Shown piece after piece: positions 57,815 through 64,000 of a stretch of 64,000 nucleotides of DNA. The position numbers and the translations under genes were made by a program. The notes beneath the pieces are model-generated. The model was given only the letters and a program-made list of their open reading frames with translations, ran no database searches and was not told the DNA's origin. Numbering within the stretch: the stretch's first letter is position 1; each line of letters starts with the position of its first letter. Origin of the DNA: a virus (lineage: Duplodnaviria; Caudoviricetes); the IMG/VR virus record IMGVR_UViG_3300028833_000006, positions 1-64,000 of that record; one strand, 5' to 3'.

Positions 57815-58258
57815 TTAAACCACTCCTTTCATATCAGCCAACTTATTCCTAACTGCACTAACTTGCTTGCCTATATCACCGATTCTCTTACCTAAATCAG
57901 ACGGTACTGTACCACTCCTAATCTCATTGCCTAAGATATCTACGACAACGATTATGTCATCCAAATCACCAACCAAACTATTGATTTCAGATTTCTTCGC
58001 TTTAGGTAAACGTGCCTTACTCTCTATAGCCCATTCAAGTGCTTTCCATTCGTCATTACTCAAATCGAAAAACTGACCATTACAACTCAAATGCTCTAGC
58101 ACATACTCAAGTGCTTGCTCCGCTGTATAGTCTTTGTTAATACTGACGCACACTGCTAACGGTAATATATCCGCTCTAGTGTTTCTGCACTCGCATAATC
58201 GTGTATGCACATCTGCATCTAAACCTCTCCACAACTGCTCACTTGTCATATTCGCCAC
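57815..58258 (-). CDS. Hypothetical protein
   Basis: ORF in operon. Confidence 0.6.
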   Translation of the reverse strand: MANMTSEQLWRGLDADVHTRLCECRNTRADILPLAVCVSINKDYTAEQALEYVLEHLSCNGQFFDLSNDEWKALEWAIESKARLPKAKKSEINSLVGDLDDIIVVVDILGNEIRSGTVPSDLGKRIGDIGKQVSAVRNKLADMKGVV

Positions 58259-58261
58259 CCC

Positions 58262-58585
58262 CTATACATACTGTGCTAAAAACTTCGGTGTCAATACTAC
58301 CTTGGGATATACACAAAATCCGCTAAATCCCAAATCACCAACTTCTTTGATGTATCCGCTATCTATCATGCTATTTACCAAATCTTCGCAATTGTTGATA
58401 TCTGCGTAAAACTCATACTCCTTACACCCAACACTCTCCTCAAGATTTACGGATACTGTTGCATACGGCTCACCACTCTCTGTATAAGCCTGCACCGCTG
58501 TGCTACCATTATTAGCATACTTTGCGGTCTTGAAATATAAATCATACTGTTCACCACCAAACTGACTTGTGTACTTCATATGTAT
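58262..58585 (-). CDS. DUF4313-like protein
   Basis: Y.NNG..AV.....GEPYATVSVNL; SGFC.YP. Confidence 0.6.
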   Translation of the reverse strand: MHMKYTSQFGGEQYDLYFKTAKYANNGSTAVQAYTESGEPYATVSVNLEESVGCKEYEFYADINNCEDLVNSMIDSGYIKEVGDLGFSGFCVYPKVVLTPKFLAQYV

Positions 58586-58623
58586 ATTCTCCTTTCGTAT
58601 AACTACCTTTACATTACAGTATA

Positions 58624-58652
58624 AGTATATACCCATACACACCATATGTCAA
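58624..58652 (-). promoter_or_regulatory. sigmaA promoter without the operator
   Basis: TTGACA-17-TATACT. Confidence 0.7.
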
Positions 58653-58717
58653 CACTTTTTTGTAAAAACCTTAAAAATTATTTGCTTAAAAATTTCTATA
58701 CGCAAAAAGTGTAGGAA

Positions 58718-58930
58718 CTAAATCTTACCTAATTCTAATTGCGTTTTTGTATTCTGACTCCGATTTTTGTAGTCTGACTCTGATATTGCTACTATCTGTC
58801 TGACTGATATATCAAGATTCCACATCCTTATATATCTGTTAGCATCTGCTCTCATTGCTGACATGTTCTTTGCATACCCAACGGTATCTGAAAAATCCGA
58901 AAATATAACTCTATAATAATTCTTTGCCAT
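58718..58930 (-). CDS. Hypothetical protein
   Basis: ORF with RBS. Confidence 0.55.
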   Translation of the reverse strand: MAKNYYRVIFSDFSDTVGYAKNMSAMRADANRYIRMWNLDISVRQIVAISESDYKNRSQNTKTQLELGKI

Positions 58931-58933
58931 ACG

Positions 58934-59119
58934 CTACTCCTCACCACAGTCCTTCATTCGCCTCTTATAATCCGTATCCATTAAAATTGTGTCATTATCG
59001 TATTCCTCAATATTTGTAACATAATACATACCATCTTCAAACATTTCATCATTTGGAATCAAGATTTTTGCATTTTCTGGATATTTTGATAGTTTCTTAA
59101 TTAACTGTTTTACCGTCAT
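58934..59119 (-). CDS. Hypothetical protein (MTVKQLI..L..YP family)
   Basis: Common phage small-ORF N-terminus. Confidence 0.6.
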   Translation of the reverse strand: MTVKQLIKKLSKYPENAKILIPNDEMFEDGMYYVTNIEEYDNDTILMDTDYKRRMKDCGEE

Positions 59120-59432
59120 TCTTATCCTCGCTTTCTCTCCACACTTCCCTTAATTCAGCACCACAATAACAAGGTCTATGGTCTATAATACTCACAGTTA
59201 ATCTGCATTTCACATCACGAATAACATCTTTTTCAAAGGTTGTATCGGAATCCAGTTTTCCTCTTATCCTTTCTTCCATTAACAAATCTGCTAATATATC
59301 TGGTGTAAGTGGTATGCCGTTTATAACTGCATCTTTAATGTCTAATACATCACTATTCGCAATATGTTCATATTTACGAATATAATTATAAACTCGCTTA
59401 GGTATCTTAACTACTAACTCTATATCAGCCAT
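59097..59432 (-). CDS. MADIELVVKIP-family mosaic protein
   Basis: N-terminal paralog of 6564-6905; carries an ESEDK junction. Confidence 0.65.
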   Translation of the reverse strand: MADIELVVKIPKRVYNYIRKYEHIANSDVLDIKDAVINGIPLTPDILADLLMEERIRGKLDSDTTFEKDVIRDVKCRLTVSIIDHRPCYCGAELREVWRESEDKNDGKTVN

Positions 59433-59434
59433 AC

Positions 59435-59707
59435 TTATTCCTCCGTATATTCTGCAATCACAACCTCAAAATACTCATCAATCTTATTGTCGTATAACAA
59501 GCCACATTCTGTATGGAAATTACAATCCTCAAGCAAATCTACTATCTTCTGCTGAATGTCTGTGTTTGCACCATACTGATACAGCACCCCCAATACTAAA
59601 AGGTCTTGCTTACCAAAGCCCCACTCTATATCGGCTGATAAATCCCAACCCCTTTCTACTGAATTTAATGCTGACTCCCAATCTGCTCTAATCTCTTCTC
59701 CGCTCAT
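59435..59707 (-). CDS. Acidic hypothetical protein
   Basis: AAAGGAGA RBS before MSGEE. Confidence 0.6.
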   Translation of the reverse strand: MSGEEIRADWESALNSVERGWDLSADIEWGFGKQDLLVLGVLYQYGANTDIQQKIVDLLEDCNFHTECGLLYDNKIDEYFEVVIAEYTEE

Positions 59708-59708
59708 A

Positions 59709-59921
59709 TTAGTTCTCCTTTCCGTTGACCAACTCTTCAAGCCTAGCCTTTGCATCTGCATAGGATACATCACCGTCCACCCTATTACCCTCGGCATCGT
59801 AAATATACCAAAAATCTGCTTTAATAGGTCTACCAGTAAATATGTTCTTACTTGCATTTGACTTGATTGTGTAACCATTATCTGCCTTGTATAACCCTGC
59901 GCTAATTCTTTTAATCTTCAT
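59709..59921 (-). CDS. Hypothetical protein
   Basis: Strong RBS. Confidence 0.6.
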   Translation of the reverse strand: MKIKRISAGLYKADNGYTIKSNASKNIFTGRPIKADFWYIYDAEGNRVDGDVSYADAKARLEELVNGKEN

Positions 59922-59938
59922 ACTGTATTCTCCTTCCT

Positions 59939-60109
59939 TTAAAATGCCTTTACCTCATACTCAAACTTCGGCTTGCCACCATACATGTAAGTTCCGCAAA
60001 ACTCTTTGCCAAACTCATCTGCTTTCTTACGGCTTGCAAATGTGGTCAGTGTCAACTGCACCTCATTAGTTCTCTTATTCCTTAATGCTACTCTGTAATA
60101 TCTTGCCAT
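59939..60109 (-). CDS. 56-aa protein, first gene behind promoter copy D
   Basis: Manual ORF MARYYRVAL... with AAAGGAG RBS. Confidence 0.6.
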   Translation of the reverse strand: MARYYRVALRNKRTNEVQLTLTTFASRKKADEFGKEFCGTYMYGGKPKFEYEVKAF

Positions 60110-60135
60110 AGACAACTCCTTTCTCTATTCAACTT

Positions 60136-60200
60136 CCTTACAGTATCATTATAAGGGTATACTTATATATTGTCAATACCTTTTTTGAAAAATTTTTCAA
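60136..60200 (-). promoter_or_regulatory. Operator-bearing sigmaA promoter, copy D
   Basis: TTGACA(60171-76)-17-TATAAT(60148-53); TATAAG-N6-CTTATA. Confidence 0.9.
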
Positions 60201-60306
60201 CTTTTTATCTGCGACAATATCCCCACAAACAGTTTATGCGGTGTAGGAACTCCTACCAAATCCCTAACACCGCACACTATATAACTAATCCCCTACCACG
60301 GACTAA

Positions 60307-60804
60307 TTACCAACAATCATTTGCTCTCACCGCTTTAGCTGCTCTGTTAAACTCTTTCATCACCTTATTACTGTAACCACCCTCTCTAAGATAGTCTACC
60401 CAATCCTTACCATCACCGTACTCACAATCCCCAAAGATTGAACATACATCATAATCACCTTCCCAATTTATCGGATATTCGTGATTGTACATCTCATACT
60501 CAAATGCCTCATATGCGAAACCATCTTCATTCTCCATAAGATTTCTTAACTCTGAATACTTATCTCTCTTAAAGAATGCCCTTATCACATCAGCATCAGA
60601 CTTAAGATAAAACCCACCTAAATTATTTAGTCTGTATATCTTATCCGTGTCATTCAATGTCAACCCACGCTTATTCATCTCTTCCTCTAACTGCTTTTCT
60701 GAAAAGGCAAAGAATATAGGCAATGCGGAATACTCTTTTTCATTCTTGATTCTATAATCTGCATACGTCATAACATTGTTCTCCTTTCTATTACGCACTT
60801 GCAA
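60307..60804 (-). CDS. Hypothetical protein (FFAFS..Q...YE..NHEY family)
   Basis: ORF; the RBS suggests a start near 60771. Confidence 0.65.
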   Translation of the reverse strand: MQVRNRKENNVMTYADYRIKNEKEYSALPIFFAFSEKQLEEEMNKRGLTLNDTDKIYRLNNLGGFYLKSDADVIRAFFKRDKYSELRNLMENEDGFAYEAFEYEMYNHEYPINWEGDYDVCSIFGDCEYGDGKDWVDYLREGGYSNKVMKEFNRAAKAVRANDCW

Positions 60805-61297
60805 GTATCTTCTTGATATCTGCTAACTTGTACTGATTTTCCCAACCATCTGCCCAATTACCATCTATGCACACATCCCAATAATTCTCGTTTGATACGA
60901 AACTGTGGTAAACTGCGTCACCGTCAGGACTATATCCGTTAACGCTCTCATTCTTGTGTACCCACATTCCATTTGCACAACCCACTGCGCCAACCTTAAA
61001 GCAAGCATATCCATTGAATCCCAACCTGATTGACTGCTCAAGGAACTTCTTCATCTGCTTTAACTGTGAGAGTGAAAGAGTGTCGTTCCACCAATCAAAG
61101 ATTGAAAGGTCTCTGCATACGGTCGCTATCCTATAAGACCAACTACCGCCCCAACCACGCTTCTTGAACTGAATGCTATCAATATTAGGATTGAAATAAT
61201 CATAACCTTGTGCGTTCTTGTCCTCAAGTATCTGAATATACTCATTAATCTTATCAAGTACATTCTGTGCGTTATACTGCCTATAATCTTTTGCCAT
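60791..61297 (-). CDS. Hypothetical protein
   Basis: AAAGGAGA RBS before MAKDY. Confidence 0.65.
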   Translation of the reverse strand: MAKDYRQYNAQNVLDKINEYIQILEDKNAQGYDYFNPNIDSIQFKKRGWGGSWSYRIATVCRDLSIFDWWNDTLSLSQLKQMKKFLEQSIRLGFNGYACFKVGAVGCANGMWVHKNESVNGYSPDGDAVYHSFVSNENYWDVCIDGNWADGWENQYKLADIKKILASA

Positions 61298-61331
61298 ACT
61301 GTTTTCTCCTTTCAATTAAGTACCACAACTA

Positions 61332-61396
61332 CCTTACAATGATAGTATAAGCCTATCCTTATATATTGTCAATACTTTTTTGAAATATTCTTCAAC
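61332..61396 (-). promoter_or_regulatory. Operator-bearing sigmaA promoter, copy E
   Basis: TTGACA(61367-72)-17-TATACT(61344-49); TATAAG-N6-CTTATA. Confidence 0.9.
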
Positions 61397-61455
61397 TTTT
61401 TACAAGCCAACTAAATCCAAACCCAATTCACCTACATTTTCAGACACCGAATTTT

Positions 61456-61935
61456 TTATATTGGATACTCTCGTACCAACTCATATCCTATCGGTGACTT
61501 CCTAGATTGCTTGTAATACTGCTTTTCCACCCACTTAAGACTTCCGTCTGTATTAAGGAATGTGTTATTATGAAAATCCTCTCTACGAACTAAATATCGT
61601 ACTGACTGGTCGCCATCTATACACAGTCCTATAAACTTATTATCTAAATAAGATTTACCCTCTGTTTCTTCATACGCTTTAATATAATCATCCATTGATA
61701 CCCAATGCTCATACAACCACTTACATATCTCCTTTGGCTCAAAATCCGCACAAGTTATGGCTGACTGCTGACCACAGTCATATGACTTAAACCACGGCAC
61801 TGCAAACTGTATATGCTTATGGTCTATACGCTTACAAGTAGTATCCTCTCTGCGCTCTGCGTCACACTGATGATATCTACAATCACCGCAACCTAAATGA
61901 CAATGACACTCGTATATGTTATCTCCCATAGTCAC
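61456..61935 (-). CDS. Cys-rich hypothetical protein
   Basis: CHCHLGCGDC...C. Confidence 0.6.
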   Translation of the reverse strand: MTMGDNIYECHCHLGCGDCRYHQCDAERREDTTCKRIDHKHIQFAVPWFKSYDCGQQSAITCADFEPKEICKWLYEHWVSMDDYIKAYEETEGKSYLDNKFIGLCIDGDQSVRYLVRREDFHNNTFLNTDGSLKWVEKQYYKQSRKSPIGYELVREYPI

Positions 61936-62342
61936 ACCTCTCTTTCATAGTACCCATACAATGACTTCCTACCACTATCCCACGTGTCATAGTATTTGCC
62001 ATCCACACATGCCACCTCATGGTTAGCGACATTTAATATATACGTACCACTCGTATGTGATTTGGCAAACTCCTCAACCGTAGGTCGCTTTGTACCCTTT
62101 TTATTTGACACCCCATAGTACTTAAACCCCAACTCGGACATTGCTTTTATCTCATCCTTATTAGACAAATTGAATACATTCGGTGTTTGGTATTTACGAC
62201 ATATAGGAATCATCCTATCAAATGCCTCTATCCAACTGCACCCCCACGCTTTAGATAATGCACGGATAGTACAGTCGCCATACTTATCTTTTAAGTCTAA
62301 ATCGTTCGGCTGATAATATTCAAATCTCTTCATTATGCCCAC
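61932..62342 (-). CDS. Putative papain-like Cys-His-Asp enzyme (paralog of 23716-24096)
   Basis: GDCTIRA...NHEV...YDTWDSG. Confidence 0.6.
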   Translation of the reverse strand: MGIMKRFEYYQPNDLDLKDKYGDCTIRALSKAWGCSWIEAFDRMIPICRKYQTPNVFNLSNKDEIKAMSELGFKYYGVSNKKGTKRPTVEEFAKSHTSGTYILNVANHEVACVDGKYYDTWDSGRKSLYGYYEREV

Positions 62343-62557
62343 CTCGCATTTCCACTGGTTTCTGCTAACTGCTCGTACTGCTCCACCACATCTGAATAAT
62401 CCTCACACACTATATCATCTGTGTCCGACACCACTATGCCCAACCTCTGTATGCGGTTTATATACCTCTGTATAGCGTCCACCTTACAACTTGCCTCATA
62501 CACCTCTCCGTCTATGTAGTTACCATTGATATTTCGTATTCTTACACAATATGTCAT
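62333..62557 (-). CDS. Hypothetical protein
   Basis: ORF with RBS. Confidence 0.5.
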   Translation of the reverse strand: MTYCVRIRNINGNYIDGEVYEASCKVDAIQRYINRIQRLGIVVSDTDDIVCEDYSDVVEQYEQLAETSGNARWA

Positions 62558-62571
62558 ATATACCCACCCCC

Positions 62572-62874
62572 TTACTCTTGAATTGGTGCTACCTGTGACT
62601 TAGTGAAGAAACTAAGTACTCTCGTACCCTTTTTAGTCTTAGGGTCGGTTACTGTCAACTGAAAGACATTCTTGCTCTCATGTATAACCTCGTACCCCAA
62701 CTGATACCAGCCATACCAAGTGTGAACTTCCTCATTGATTACATTGTCTGCGATTGCATTGATGAAATCTTTTGTCTCTGCCCAAGCAATCCTTAAGCAA
62801 TCTGCAAAAGACATCTCTGACTCTCTGAATAATGACCAAGCCTTATTCATGATACTTGAAAGATTGTACTTCAT
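62572..62874 (-). CDS. Hypothetical protein (IM.KAW...F...L..AW family)
   Basis: First gene behind promoter copy F. Confidence 0.65.
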   Translation of the reverse strand: MKYNLSSIMNKAWSLFRESEMSFADCLRIAWAETKDFINAIADNVINEEVHTWYGWYQLGYEVIHESKNVFQLTVTDPKTKKGTRVLSFFTKSQVAPIQE

Positions 62875-62907
62875 AGTGTTCTCCTTTTCTAAGTGTTCTA
62901 ACTTTTC

Positions 62908-62970
62908 CCTTACAATGACATTATAAGCCCATACTTATATAATGTCAAGTACTTTTGAAATATTTTTCAA
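62908..62970 (-). promoter_or_regulatory. Operator-bearing sigmaA promoter, copy F
   Basis: TTGACA(62943-48)-17-TATAAT(62920-25); TATAAG-N6-CTTATA. Confidence 0.9.
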
Positions 62971-63590
62971 GTCTTTTTCTTCTTTTTAGGTAAATAGTGT
63001 TTACATTCACTCAAAAAATCATCTATACCAACCCACCCACTATCCGCATCATCATATTTAGCATAAATACTAAATTGTGGACATCTAACAGTATTGTACT
63101 GCTTATATTTAAAACAAAAGGGTCTGTGATATGATTTGCCATTTCGTTTCTTTAATAATCTCTTATAATACCAAATACAACCTTGACACGACTCACACTT
63201 GTGTGTCGAAGTGTTCCTATTCTCGGTGTAGGTGATACCCATCTGCTGTCTGAGATATATTATTTCTTGTTTAGTTCCAGTAAAACCGTCTGCATACCCC
63301 TTATTGTGAATATAGTTATGGCACTTCTCACACAGCGGAATTAAATCTGTTGGTAACTCATGCCCAACTCTCTCATAAGTGATGTGGTGCAAATGAATAG
63401 CCTTATTACTCTTACCACACACAGTACATTTATGGTCTTTAGGAACTAGTTGTTTGCGTAACTGTTTCCAATGTCTTGTCTTTAAATAATTGTCATAGCC
63501 TACACAAGTTTCATTCGTATCCTCACAATAATATGTCTTGGTATAAACCTTTTGTGACTTATGGCTATATCCCTTCTTTTTCTTACTCAT
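62967..63590 (-). CDS. HNH endonuclease
   Basis: YL...HW..LR, CTVC, LHHITYE, LIPLCEKCHNYIH; extra C-terminal Cys cluster. Confidence 0.8.
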   Translation of the reverse strand: MSKKKKGYSHKSQKVYTKTYYCEDTNETCVGYDNYLKTRHWKQLRKQLVPKDHKCTVCGKSNKAIHLHHITYERVGHELPTDLIPLCEKCHNYIHNKGYADGFTGTKQEIIYLRQQMGITYTENRNTSTHKCESCQGCIWYYKRLLKKRNGKSYHRPFCFKYKQYNTVRCPQFSIYAKYDDADSGWVGIDDFLSECKHYLPKKKKKT

Positions 63591-63748
63591 AATCAACAAA
63601 AAAAAACAGTTATCACTCGGCAATAGCATAAATATGCTATTCTGGAATTAGCCAAATGATAACTGTTATTCACTATGTTTATGTATGATACAATTCCAGT
63701 AGTATCATAAAGTAAATTAATATTATCAAATATTGTTTATACTGTCAA

Positions 63749-63785
63749 CAAAGAAAGAGCACTGTCATTACGACAATGCTCTCTA
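63749..63785 (-). terminator. Rho-independent terminator
   Basis: agagca.tgtc-atta-c.gaca.tgctct stem plus T-rich tail. Confidence 0.6.
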
Positions 63786-64000
63786 GAAAAGGGGGTTACT
63801 TCTATGAAATCATATATTCATTATACCACAGTACTATAAATGGTCAATATGATACCTCTAAAAATTTAACACCTTTGTATATAAAACTTGTTTCTATATA
63901 ACTCCCATTATTTAATGTCTCCACCCTGTGTGATGATGTTGGTAACTCTAATATATCCGCTACGGTTTGTAGACAATTATACAAGTGTACATAATCCTTA

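Noticed and set aside
2061-61136. The many plus-strand ORFs in the track, including the 313-aa 42075-43016
   Set aside because: They are antisense shadows of well-supported minus-strand genes, with no convincing RBS or recognisable motifs.
1-64000. tRNA/rRNA genes, integrase, alternative genetic code
   Set aside because: No cloverleaf or integrase motifs recognised by eye; the standard code gives dense, intact ORFs ending in all three stop codons.

Overview
A 64-kb segment of a low-GC siphovirus genome, probably infecting a Firmicute (Clostridia/Lachnospiraceae-type sigmaA promoters and RBSs; the host is inferred). Essentially every real gene is on the minus strand. In transcription order (right to left): an accessory block of small ORFs behind strong sigmaA promoters (54.3-63.7 kb); an A118/SPP1-like head-tail module (26.9-54.2 kb: portal, scaffold, capsid, connectors, tail tube, chaperones, 1941-aa tape measure, Dit/hub and a multi-gene fibre set; no terminase in the window); holins plus a GH73 endolysin; an unexplained regulator-plus-7-gene operon invaded by an HNH gene (20.0-24.6 kb); a SNF2 helicase with an HNH-containing intein; a replication module (initiator with iterons, DnaC-like loader, DnaB-like helicase, primase); a second small-gene block; a dense array of micro-gene cassettes joined by a recurrent GAAAGTGAGG ('ESEE') junction (2.7-8.6 kb); an SSB; and a family A DNA polymerase running off the left edge. 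The most unusual signals are (i) the junction-linked, microhomology-shuffled cassette array, (ii) a ~1.2-kb stretch of the portal gene almost free of TAT/ATA trinucleotides, (iii) six sigmaA promoters sharing a TATAAG-N6-CTTATA operator, (iv) the post-lysin operon with its own HTH gene and 11-bp-phased repeats, (v) a G6-tract frameshift in a putative receptor-binding gene, and (vi) a possible kissing-loop RNA ahead of the initiator. All product calls come from motifs and synteny read by eye; no database searches were run.
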